From: Antedon mediterranea
Lineage: Eukaryota > Animalia > Echinodermata
Length of the DNA stretch: 64,000 nucleotides
Assembly (NCBI RefSeq): GCF_964355755.1
Contig: NC_092676.1
Coordinates: 25,872,871 to 25,936,870, forward strand
Reading direction: 5' to 3'
The notes beneath the pieces are model-generated. The model did not search any database and was not told where the DNA came from. It saw nothing but the letters and a program-made list of their open reading frames with translations. Position 1 is the stretch's first letter, and each line of letters begins with the position of its first letter. The position numbers and the translations under genes are program-made. Positions 1 to 13,900 of this stretch are shown piece by piece.

Positions 1-99
1 AATTGTTGTAACTTTCAGTCTTCCACATGCATGTCAGATGTACACATTATTTACATATATATATATATCAGTTACTTATATTATTATTGTGTTTTTTAG

Positions 100-1966
100 T
101 TACATCCAGAGCGTAAAGCATGGGCAATGCGACACTGTAACATTATACTACACAGCACTTTTGAAGAATGTCATTCCAAAGTTGAGCCTGAACCATATTT
201 TGACCGATGTACTTATGATGCTTGTGGGTACGTTACTTGAATACATTTTGATTGGTCTAAATAAGATTCCCTTGATTGGTCCAATATATATATGCATAGA
301 CCTATTGTTCATTTTCAGTTATTTTACATATTATATTTGTTCTCATTAGGTCAAGTATTGTTCATCAAATTTGATCTTTCTAATTTTTACTATTGTATAT
401 TCAATTCAGTTTCGTTTTGTTACTTCACAATTCTGTCTTTATAATGTTTTTTAAGCTACAGTATATTTATACCATTATATTTTACCATTTTATATATGTT
501 TTTTTAAATCAAGTTTCATTTATCATTATTTCACAATTCTGACTTATAATGTATTTTGTTACGTGTTCTTGTTAGTTGTGATTATGGTGGTGACTGTGAA
601 TGTCTTTGTACGGCTGTTGCTGCCTATGCTCAAGAATGTAATGATGCTGGAGTTTATATCAAGTGGCGATCACAAGATCTTTGTCGTACGTGTTTATTTT
701 CTTAACTTCATCACGATTGTCGTCGTCAAACAAAGTTGCACCTCATTTGTTAATATTTGTATCATTTGTTGGTACATTCATAGTGTACTAACATTTGTCT
801 TGTTTCTTTCGCTTTTCACGCCCATCGGCAAATCCTGGCTCCTCCATCAAGACCATTTTTAATATTCATGTACAATGAAAATGAAGACTGCAAAACAGGT
901 TATTGTATATTAATTAACACAATAATATTTCTTGTTGATTTTTAGCGATGCAGTGCGAAAGTGGTCTGGAGTACATGGCGTGTGGACCTACTTGTCGTCA
1001 AACATGTGACACCATTAGCGGAGAGGATCCATTACACTGTAGTGAATGTGTGGAAGGTTGTCACTGTCCACATGGATATGTAGCCCAAGGTACTTGGTTT
1101 TACTCTATTACACTTTGATTTGCAGAAAACTGTAAAGCTCTATCTACACTTTCAATCTTTATGTGACATAACAAATGTGATGTGCCCATATATGGACACG
1201 ATGATGTCATACCACTACCATTGGGCTTATCACTACCATATTTGGGCACATCACACTTTTTTTGTCAAACTATTTTGATAGTGTTGACAGAGCTTTAGAC
1301 TTTTTAGTACATCTGTATTTAAGATATACCTATCAAAAAGTCCGCAAGGTCTAAAAAAAAAAAAGAAAGAAAAAAAGTTATCAAATCAAAAATCAAAATT
1401 AAAAAAAAGTTTGGTCCCCATAAGACAAGATTTCCTTAAATTACAATTGTTTTTTTTTGTACTTCAGATGAAGGATGTGTACTGGCAGATGAATGCCCTT
1501 GCGTCTATGAAAATGGAGAATATCCACCTGGCACTGTCATCACCAAGGAATGCCAAAACTGGTAATTTATTAGTTATTTTGTAAACTTTCATTGTAAATT
1601 TTAATTGAATATGTACTTTGATTAAATTCTGGTGGGAAAACAAGTCTTCTCAGATAAGCACTGTAAACCGTAGGTCCAGTGTACACATCTAGCTCATGTG
1701 CACTTTTAAGAACCTAGTACATCGTTTGAGACAAGTAGGGGGTGTACAAACACAGCCACTGATCATAACTGGGCTGTTTGGGAAACCAGTGTTTGACTGA
1801 AGAGGTTACCCAGTATAAATAAATAACAAATTCAAATGAGCTTTATGGAATAATAAATAAAAATTAATTCCCATTCATTCATAAAATTGATGACATTTTT
1901 CAATTTTTATATTAACCAGCACGTGTTACCGAGGAAAATTTGTTTGTTTGGGAGAACCATGCCCAG
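100..1966 (+). CDS. Exons 1-5: C8, TIL and VWC-like modules ending a vWF D assembly
   Basis: Spliced translation [16 protein letters not shown]...[63 protein letters not shown]...CVEGCHCP...[38 protein letters not shown](L/F)C and WRSQ.LC are typical of the third D assembly in SCO-spondin and gel-forming mucins. Confidence 0.9.
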
Positions 1967-4900
1967 GTAAATTTTGTTTTATTTGTTTTTTCTTTTAATA
2001 TTTTACTTATTTATAACACATGATAGTTTATGTATATATAAAAATCAAAATAAAAAATATGCCTTAATATAAATTTATTTATTAGTGTTAATAAATTTAA
2101 TTGAGGCAATTTTAATTTGATTTTTTCTAAGCTCTTTGATTTATATATATAATATATATATTTCTATATTAATGAAAAATCAAGACTCAAGTTAATAATT
2201 TAACATATTTATTATATATATGTGTGTATATAAATATGTGTTAATAAATATGTTGAATTATTAACCTGAGTCTTGATTTTTCATTTATATTGCTCTACTG
2301 TATCAAGCACTCTTATTCATGATCTGGATCAAGTCTACCACGCAGATGATTTTCTATATTATATATTATTATTGATGAGGGCGTGAGGCGCAGTGTGTTG
2401 GACGTTGGACTACCGATCGTCAGACCTAGGTTTGAACTCTCGCCGCATTGCTTGTATCCGTAGGCAAGATACTTTACGTTGCCTCTCTCCACCCAGGTGT
2501 ATAAATGAGTACCCAGTTAGATCTAGACACAACTTTGCGCTGGTTACCGGCTGCATTATGGGAGTATGTTTCCATACATGTTTGATCTGGGGTAATAATG
2601 CTTGTAAAGCGCCTTTGAGCATGATTACTCATGAAAAGGGCGCTATATAAATGTGGTATTATTATTATTATATATTTTTTTAAAAATATTGTTATTTTCT
2701 GCAGAGGGTACTTGTGGACAAAATGAAATGTCCTGCACTAATGGAAGATGTATTCCACTTGGATGGACTTGTGATGGCGCCGATGATTGTGGAGATGGAA
2801 GTGACGAGTTTGAATGTGGTAAAATAAATGATTTAAATATGTTTTATTTCAATTCACATCCATCACACGAGAGCTCTTTAAAAAAGGATAGAATATAGCC
2901 TAAAACCTTGTCTACACTATCAAACTAAAAAAAAATGTGATGTGCCCATATATGGATATGATGATGTCATACCACTACCATATTTGGGAAGATCACTACC
3001 ATATTTGAGCACAGCACACTTTTTTGTCAAACTAGTTTGATAGTGTCAGAGTGACGGAGCTTTAAAAACATAAAAACAATTGATGAGATGTACAATGCCT
3101 TCTATAAACAGTATTCCTTCATCATTTAAAAGATAATGTTGTTTTATTTACAGTTTTTACATGTGGAACTGATGAATTTACTTGCGACAATGGCCACTGT
3201 ATCGACGATGCATTTCGATGTGATGGTGTTCCTGATTGCTTTGACAACAGTGATGAACATGGTTGTCGTAAGTTTCACATTTCTATTAAAGTTTCTAACG
3301 CTTATGACTACTATTAAATATATCTATTACATGAGTTACAAAGTTTATTGGTTCATTAACACATTTCTTCTGGTATGTATGATTATGTGTATATGAAATT
3401 ATTAAGGCATGGTTTTTTTTTGGTGGAAATTGAGGTATGCTGGTCATTAGAACATTATAAGATAAAGTTTAATATTGATTTTAACATGATATTGTTCATT
3501 ATTTTTATAGCACCTCCTACATGTACTGAAGAAGAATTTACCTGCGACAGTGGTTTTTGTATCCCAAAGTCCTTCCGTTGTGACGGAGAACTTGATTGTG
3601 GTTATGATGACAGGAGTGATGAGGAGGATTGTAAGTATCTATGTTGAATAATAAAACAATGCAAAGAATCAGAATATACGAAAATTCCTCTTAGATTTAT
3701 AATTATCAGAATCAAGAATTTTCTTCACATTTTTTATTATCAGCGGCTATAATTGGTCACTAGCTAAACACAGATATCCCAGAGCGTAAAGCCTTGATGC
3801 AACTACCCAATGTTGGAGGGCCCGTTAGGAGTGTTAAACCAGGAGCCTTTGCCCCATGCGTTACACCACTGCCTACAATCATTCCTCTTCAGCTCTGATG
3901 GTGCTTCTCCAGTGCTGAAATCTATACCAGTAACTCCTCAGGAATCATAGCATTTTTTTTTTTTTATTTATTTTTTTTTATTTATTCAATTTCTGCCATA
4001 TACATAACAAAAAAGACAAAACAATTATAAAAGGAGGCACGGAAAGACCAAACAGGTGCTAAACACCTATGCTAGTTGGTCAACCCAGAACAGAGAAAAA
4101 TAAATAAATTACGTTCTACAATAAAAGCATCGACAAGAAAGCGACCAACTACACACATTTTCAATATCAAAATTATTTTAAAAATAAATATTGAGATAAT
4201 TAAGTAATTTGGTTTTAAAATGTACTATCTCTTAATGTTACACTTGCAGGTTATGAATGTTCTGTGCGTGAGATGGTCTGCGCATCAGGTGAATGCCAAC
4301 CTATTACACATCGTTGCGATGGACACGATGATTGTGGTGATATGAGTGATGAGTATGAATGCCGTAAGTCTGTTTAAAATCTATTTGAATGAATTTGTTA
4401 TTTATTTATACTGGATAACCTCAGTCTAAGACTGGTCTCCGAAAGTGCCCAATTATTATCAATGTCAGTGTGTGTACTAGTATGTCACTGGGATAACCCC
4501 CTACTCCTCTTGAAAGATGTACTAGGTTCTTTAAAGTGAGCTAGATGTGTACACTAAACCTATGGTTTATTGTCCTTATCCGAGAAAATTTCATTGAAGG
4601 TACACAAAATATACTAGACCTACCTACCTAGGCCTATATTAGATCTACCTACAAAAACATAGAAGGAAAAAGATATGTTAATTATCAATTATTATGGATT
4701 GTGTTTTTTATGCTTTGATAAAGTGTCATGAATTTAATATAGATGTCATTTGGGAATTTGTTCCATAATTTGGTTGTTTTGTGATCTAATTATACAGTGT
4801 AACCTTTGCAATAATCTTCTATTTCTTGCAGCTTGTATATGTGATGGTCTGTTTGTATGCAATGACTGCAACCAGTGTCTTCCAGAGTTGGAGGTTTGCG

Positions 4901-7900
4901 ATGGAGTTGCACAGTGTTCCGATGGAAGTGATGAAGTAGACTGCCGTAAGTTGCATAGCATATAGATAATTGGGAAGGGTTGTGCTTTCAACAACATGGG
5001 TGATACGTATATTGTGTTGTTGGTCTGTCGTGTGGATCTAGAATCTACCAAAACAGTGTTGAAGAATCGAGAGAGGAAGATATGCCCTAATATCCCTGCA
5101 TGTTCACAATGTATATGACGTAACTAGTTCCTAGTACCTGTAGGTGGTCTTAAATCATTTTTTAAAATTCATATATAAATCAAAAAGACAATGAGAGCTG
5201 AATATCAATGAATATAGAAGTAAATCAAGTAAAGGCCAGATAGTCCCAGGCTTTTGAAAAACACTTCTTTCGTCTATGATATTGTGCATTTTGGCAGAGA
5301 AATAAGTACTGTAATATGCGGCAGGACAAGAGTTGATACTCTATATAACATTGTTTTTTACAGCTTGCAAGAATGGAACTTTCAGTTGTAGTTCAGGGGA
5401 ATGCGTTGAACAAAGTCAATTGTGTGATGGTGTGAGTGACTGTGAATCTGAAGAAGATGAGGCCGTTTGTACAACTACAGGTATATGTCAATAGTTTATT
5501 CATTAAAGGGGGATTCTGGGTTTAAAATTGCTTTTAAATATCGTTTATTTATTAAATAAAAAATATTATAACAATATAGACATTTCAGAATGAAGAAGTA
5601 ATAACGAGAAATTAAAAAAATTAAATTTCATATACATTTTAGGGTAAATTCATGGAAAGTCTGTTTTTTAGCAGCTTAGGGAAGCTCATTAATATTCATG
5701 AGATATTCACAAAATCACGTCACCAGTGGATTCCAAACTCGCGACGTCATGTACGTTGTGTTTGTCAACTAATTTACATCTCTCTCCCCTGTCAAACGAC
5801 GACCACCATTGTGATCATTGTGAAATACATTTTTTGTAGATTTTCTAAGCTAGGCCTAAAGTGTAATAATAACAGTAGTAGCATATATTTATTTGACATT
5901 TAATGAAATACAAAATTTAGTACAGATACGGAGTCATAAATTATACTATTTTTATACCTCTATAGTACAGATCGTATTATCGGCTTCACGTACAATACTA
6001 CTCTAGGCCTAGCCTAATAATAATATGGGCGAGAGCCATTCTGACTAGGGATTCCATGCCACGATGGCTACGTTAAAACAATGGGGCCCATGGGCCTAGC
6101 TAGCCTACTACTAGACGATTGGCCCATAAATAAATAACAAAACCCATCCTATCAACCAAACTCCTAAACAATCTAAACCTAAAACATTCTACAAAATCGG
6201 CTGTAAATATTGAAGCAAAACAAGGTCCGATCGCCGTCCACACGTATGGTGTCCCGATCGTCTAAGTAGGCCTAAAATAAATAGGTTTAGTTTACTCTCC
6301 AAAAAAGCGGATACTCATGCATCAAGCAAGTAGACCAGGTAGTAGGAAGGAGACCTAGCCGATCCGGCCCAGTTAAAAATTGAGCTAGCTAGTGTAGTAG
6401 ACCCTATGCGAATTGATACTACCAGGCCTTTTACTATCTGCACTACACAAATATTCCAACTCTCTCATTCGAGCTATATTATCTATACCATTCCGGTAGG
6501 TCGAGTCGACCTTCAATCAAATACTGTACATCGTTCATGTTGTGATTATAGACGGGGTATACTCGACCCGACCAGTTTGGTATTGTTGTATCTGCTTATC
6601 ACGTGACGATGCCAGGCATGGGCAGCAGAGAGAACACGTGTATCGTCGTCTCGCTCGATCCTCAGCAGGAATGTACAGTATACGTTACGCTTCATTGATT
6701 TTGATTTTTCCCTAAGTCGGTGCGAAAATCGGCAAACGTAAAGTGCAAACATATCTAATTTTTCACTGTTTTGATGAATTTTCATAAAAAATTGACTTTA
6801 TAAATGGGAAGACCGACTAAAATTACATCAGATAAGTATAATTTTACAAAAGTAATTGATATGGTTTATGATAACGAGTCGTCGGAAGATGGACCATTTC
6901 ACGAATTTCCTATTTTGTAACCACAGTGTGATTTTGCCGTAGCTGCACTTGTAATCTGGCCTGATTTCACAGCCTTCGTTCTGCTTCACTGGACGCTTAT
7001 ATAAATTGAAACTTTTACCGTTCAAGAGACAAACAAATATATTTTACATTTTTTACTATTCATTTTAAACCCGGAACCCCCCTTTAAGCTCTGTCTACAT
7101 CAAACTAGTTTGACAAAAAAAAGTGTGCCCAAATATGGTAGCGATGTGCTTAAATATGGTAGTGATAGGCATAAATGGTAGTGATATGGTATAATCATGT
7201 CCATATATGGGCACATCACATTTTGTTGTCACATAAAGTTTGTAGACAGAGGATTCCTTTAGTGAAATATTATGATTTAACTAACTTACTGATTTTATGT
7301 ATTTTAGCTATAAATAGTATTGATTATAAGCATGTAACAAATCATTATTTTCTTTACTATTATTTTATCTATATTGTTAATGAAGTATAAGAATATAAAT
7401 AATAGCTTGACCTCACTATTTTTTTATATTTTAGCTTTGCCAACTACAACACCAATTCAAACGACAGTATATACCACCACTGGAGCTAAACTAACCACTG
7501 GAGCTGAACTAACTACTGGAGCTGAACTAACTACCGGTGCACAACAAACCACTGGAGCTGTACAAACCACCAATGCACAGCAAACCACTGGAGCTGAACT
7601 AACCACTGGAGCTGAACTAACTACCGGTGCACAACAAACCACTGGTGCACAGCAAACCACTGGTGCACAGCAAACCACTGGTGCACAGCAAACCACTGGA
7701 GCTGAACAAACCACTGGAGCTGAACTAACTACCGGTGCACAACAAACCACTGGTGCACAGCAAACCACTGGTGCACAGCAAACCACTGGAGCTGAACAAA
7801 CCACTGGAGCTGAACTAACCACTGGAGCTGAACTAACTACTGGTGCACAACAAACCACTGGTGCACAGCAAACCACTGGAGCTGAACAAACCACTGGAGC

Positions 7901-10900
7901 TGAATTAACCACTGGAGCTGAACTAACTACTGGTGCACAACAAACCACTGGTGCACAGCAAACCACTGGTGCACAGCAAACCACTGGTGCTGAACAAACA
8001 ACCGGAGCTCAACTAACCACTGAAGCTGAATTAACTATTGGTGCACAGAGAACCACTGGTGCACAGCAAACCACTGGTGCTGAAATAACCACAGGCCCAC
8101 AGCAAACAACTGGAGCTGAACAAACCACCGGTGCACAGCAAACCACTGGAGCTGTACAAACCACCAATGCACAGCCAACCACTAGAGCTGAACTAACCAC
8201 TGGAGCTGAACTAACTACCGGTGCACAGCCAACCACCAGTTCACCGCAAACTACTGGAGCTGAACAAACCACTGGTGCTCAGCAAACCACAGGTGCACAG
8301 CAAACCACAGGTGCTCAGCAAACCACAGGTGCACAGCAGACTACCGGAGCTGAACAAACCACCGGAGCTGAACTAACCACCGGAGCTGAACAAACCACCG
8401 GAGCTGAACTAACCACCGGAGCTGAACTAACCACCGGAGCTGAACTAACCACCGGAGCTGCACAAACCACCGGAGCTGCACAAACCACCGGAGCTGAACA
8501 AACCACCGGAGCTGAACTAACTACCGGAGCTGAACAAACCACCGGAGCTGAACAAACCACCGGAGCTGAACATACCACCGGAGCTGAACAAACCACCAGA
8601 GCTGAACAAACCACTGGAGCTGCACAAACCACCGGAGCTGCACAAACCACCGGAGCTGCACAAACCACCGGAGCTGCACAAACCACCGGAGCTGAACATA
8701 CCACCGGAGCTGAACAAACCACCGGAGCTGAACTAACCACCGGAGCTGAACTAACCACCGGAGCTGCACAAACCACCGGAGCTGAACATACCACCGGAGC
8801 TGAACATACCACCGGAGCTGAACTAACTACCGGAGCTGAACAAACCACTGGAGCTGAACAAACCACTGAATCTTCTAGTACATACCCACCAGGATGCACT
8901 GAAGATGAATTTGCTTGTGACAATGGAGATTGTCTCCCAGGGGGTGTCAATGGAGTGGTTTGCAATAATATTAATGACTGCGGTGATAACTCGGATGAGA
9001 AGTATTGTGGTAAATGTTGAACATAATTGACCATATTTACAGAAGTTTTTCCCACCTATAAATGCAGCAGTTACTTCTTAAATGGTTTTTTGTTATTGGC
9101 TATTTAAATTTATATTATCTATCTATAGAAGTAAAGCAGAACTTTAATTCCCTAAACTAATGTTTCAATAAAAGTTAATAATACAAATTTAACATAAAAC
9201 TAATGTCTGTATTTAATTAAACATGTTTTTTGTTTACTTGTAGGAACGACACCAACAACAACACAAATAGGTTGTACAGTATATGAATGGAAATGTACAG
9301 CATTTGATAAGTGTATCAATACTACACAGAGATGCAATGGCATTCTGGATTGCCCAGACGCGAGTGATGAAATTGATTGTGTTATTGAAACAACAGAAGC
9401 TCCCATGACAACTAGATACTTGACCCCAACTGGAGAGATCAAGACGACCCCTGGTCCATATTTGACAACCACAGGTAAAACATTGATAGCTTACAGACAA
9501 AACACTCATATTATGGGCAGAGTAAATTTTATTATAATACAGTACAGTATAATTTCTTATGTTCTTTTTTTACAGGTCAGACACCAATTTCTACAGCTGT
9601 GACTACAGCTCTACCACCAATATCAACTACAGGAAAACCATCAGCTGTGACTACAGGACGGTCAACAGCTGTGACTACAGGACGACCATCAGCTGTGACT
9701 ACAGCTCTACCACCAACATCAACTACAGGAGAGCCATCAGCTGTGACTACAGCTTTACCACCAACATCAACAACAGAAGAGCCATCAGCTGTGACTACAG
9801 GACAGCCATCAGCTGTAACAACTGCTCTACCACCAACATCAACTACAGGAGAGCCATCAGATGTGACTACAGGAAAGCCATCAGCTGTGACTACAGCTCT
9901 ACCACCAACATCAACAACAGGAGAGCCATCAGCTGTGACTACAGGACAGCCATCAGCTGTAACAACTGCTCTACCACCAACGTCAACTACAGGAGAGCCA
10001 TCAGCTATGACTACAGGAAAGCCATCAGCTGTGAGTACAGCTCTACCACCAACATCAACAACAGGAGAGCCATCAGCTGTGACTACAGAACAGCCATCAG
10101 TTGTCACTACAGGACGGCCATCAGCTTTCACTACAGCTCTACCACCAACATCAACAACAGGAGAGCCATCAGCTGTGACTACAGGACAGCCACCAGCTGT
10201 AACAACTGCTCTACCACCAACATCAACTACAGGAGAGCCATCAGATGTGACTACAGGACAGCCATCAGCTGTGACTACAGAACAGCCATCAGTTGTCACT
10301 ACAGGACGGCCATCAGCTGTCACTACAGCTCTACCACCAACATCAACAACAGGAGAGCCATCAGCTGTGACTACAGGACAGCCACCAGCTGTAACAACTG
10401 CTCTACCACCAACATCAACTACAGGAGAGCCATCAGATGTGACTACAGGACAGCCATCAACTGTGACTACAGGACAGCCATCAGCTGTGACTACAGCTCT
10501 ACCACAAACATTAACAACAGGAGAGCCATCAGCTTTGACTACAGGACAGCCATCAGTTGTCACTACAGGACGGCCATCAGCTGTCACTACAGCTCTACCA
10601 CCAACATTAACAACAGAAGAGCCATCAGCTGTGACTACAGGACAGCCGTCAGCTGTGACTACAGCTTTACCACCAACATCAACTACAGGAGAGACATCAA
10701 CTTTGACTACAGGTTTGTAGTTTTTTGTAAAAAAATTTGTTCCTCATTCGTTTACACTTAAAGTGAGTTGTGTTTTCTGATTTCAAATTCAACGTAATAC
10801 TTTTAAACACGGAAAAGTTTTCACAATGAGTATAATCAACATCCCCATCTTCTTTCAGAAATAGCTGGTAGTACTGTATTTACCACAACGTTTGGAACCG

Positions 10901-13900
10901 TTCCATCTACATGTGCTGTAGGGCAATTTCATTGCTTGAGTGGAGAATGCATTGACGCTTCTAAGCTCTGTGACACAACACCGGATTGCTCAGATTACTC
11001 TGATGAAAAAGGATGTGGTATGTATTAAAACATTTTGCTAATTCATAACTAATAATTGTAAAGTTATTTTATTGTCAAATCCAAATTAAAAAAAAAAATG
11101 AATACTCTGTTAATATCAGTCAGATGTTTTGCGCTACACTGACTTAATTTGTACTTTACACTAAGTACATTGAGAACACTAAGTAGATTCGAGCCCAGTT
11201 AAACAGCGGGTACTGCACCAACCGGATTGTAATTTTTTTGTGTTGTCAATGTACTTTTAGTATAACGTACAAATTACGTCAGAGTAGGGCAAAACATCTG
11301 ACCAATTACTTACTGATGCAAAGCTACTCCACATTAGTTAAACAATTAAAATCCTGTTATATATCATTATTAACAAATGGCTCGTTACACTATATTTCTT
11401 ACAAATATTTACTTTGAATATTTTTCTTACAGGAACTACTATGCTGCCAACAACATCTTTTCAAACTACTGAATTTTCTGGTAAGTATTCCTTATCGTGT
11501 TTGTTTTTATAGAATATTTTAATTTGCTGAAATCTCAAGATTTATTTCTGGCTGTTTTACTTTATCGTTTTGATTTAGATTTCAGTTTTTTATATTTGTA
11601 TCTCCATTGAGATCCAGCCCACATCATTGCCTTTGGATTAATACATTATATACTATTATTTTACAGATTATTGTAGCACTAAACTTGGATTGGAAGATGG
11701 CACCATAGAACCACATCAGTTATCAGCATCATCCACAGAAGAAGGAAACAGCCTTAGTAACTTAGGACTTAATAGTCCTGTAGATGCAAATGGCAACACT
11801 GGTTGGTCACCAGCAGCTGATGATTCAAACCGCTGGGTTACTATTGATCTTCAAAAACCTACTGTCATAACAGCCATTCTTGTGCAAGGAGGAGGTTTAT
11901 ATTCAGAACTATATGTCACAGCAGTGGAAATTGGTTACAGTGATGATGGCACAGAATTCTCATTCATTAATGCGGTTCTGACTGCCAATGAAAACGATTT
12001 TGAATCTCAGAAGATCCAATTAATTCAACCGATAACAACACAGTTTTTAAGAATAAAGATTGTGGATTATAATGGGGAAAAAGCAACGTTAAGAACTGAA
12101 TTACTTGGATGCGATGTAGAAGGACCAGCTGTAACAACAGGACAACCATCTATTTTAACAACAGAACAACTCTATACTACCGGACAAATGTCAACAGTAA
12201 CGGCATGGCAAACATTACCATCTACTACATCAGTTCTGGATCTCACACAAATGACGACATTTGTTTCATTCAAGCCTATAACAACTGCACAACCACCAAT
12301 AACAACCAGCATACCATCAGTTCAGACAACAATTTCTACAACAGGACCACCAACACTTGTAACAACAGGACTGCCATCAGTTGTAACAACAGGACTGCCA
12401 TCAGCTGTAACAACAGGACAGCCATCAGCTGTAACAACAGGACAGCCATCAGCTCTAACAACAGGACAGCCATCAGCTATAACTACAGGACAGCCATCAG
12501 CTGTAACAACGGGACGGCCATCAGCTGTAACAACAGCTCTACCGGCAACATCAACCACAGAACAGCCATCAGCTTTTACAACAGGAGAGCCATCAGCTAT
12601 AACTACAGGACAGTCGTCAGCTGTAACAACACCTCTACCACCAACATCAACTACAGGACAACCATCAGCTGTTACAACAGGACAACCATCAGCTGTGATT
12701 ACAGGACAGCCATCAGCTGTAACAACAGCTCTACCACCAACATCAACTACAGCACAGCCATCAGCTGTTACTACAGGTCAACCATCAGCTGTAACAACTG
12801 CTCTACCTCCAACATCAACTACAGGACAGCCATCAGCTGTGACTACAGAACAGCCATCAGCTGTGTCTACAGGACAGCCATCAGCTATAACTACAGGACA
12901 GCCATCAGCTGTAACAACAGCTCTACCACCAACATCAACTACAGGACAGCCATCAGCTGTAACAACAGGAGAGCCATCAGCTGTTACAACAGGTCAACCA
13001 TCAGCTGTAACAACTGCTCTACCACCAACATCAACTACAGGACAGCCATCAGCTGTTACAACAGGTCAACCATCAGCTGGATCAACTGTTCTACCACCAA
13101 CATCAACTACAGGACAGCCATCAGCTGTAAAAACAGGAGAGCCATCAGCTGTAACAACAGGTCAACCGTCAGCTGTAACAACTCCTCTACCACCAACATC
13201 AACTACAGGACAACCATCAGCTGTTACAACAGGAGAGCCATCAGCTATAACTACAGGACAGCCATCAGCTGTAACAACAGCTCTACCACCAACATCAACT
13301 ACAGGAGAGCCATCAGCTGTTACAACAGGACAACCATCAGCTGTAACAACAGCTCTACCGCCAGCATTAACTACGGGACAGCCATCAGCTGTCACAACAG
13401 GACAACCATCAACTGTTACAACAGGACAACCATCAGCTGTAACAACAGGACGGCCATCAGCTGTAACTACAGGACAGCCATCAGCTGTGACTACAGGACA
13501 ACCATCAGCTGTAACAACAGCTCTACCACCAACATCAACTACAGGACAGCCATCAGCTGTGACTACAGGTCAACCATCAGCTGTAACAACTGCTCTACCT
13601 CCAACATCAACTACAGGACAGCCAACAGCTGTGACTACAGGACAGCCATCAGCTGTGACTACAGGACAGCCATCAGCTGTAACAACAGCTCTACCACCAA
13701 CATCAACTACAGGACAGCCATCAGCTGTGACTACAAGAGAACCATCAGCTGCTACAACAGGACAACCATCAGCTGTTACAACAGAACAACCATCAGCTGT
13801 AACAACAGGACAACCGTCAGCTGTTACTACAGGACAGCCATCAGCTGTGACTACAGGACAGCCATCAGCTGTAACAACAGCTCTACCACCAACATCAACT

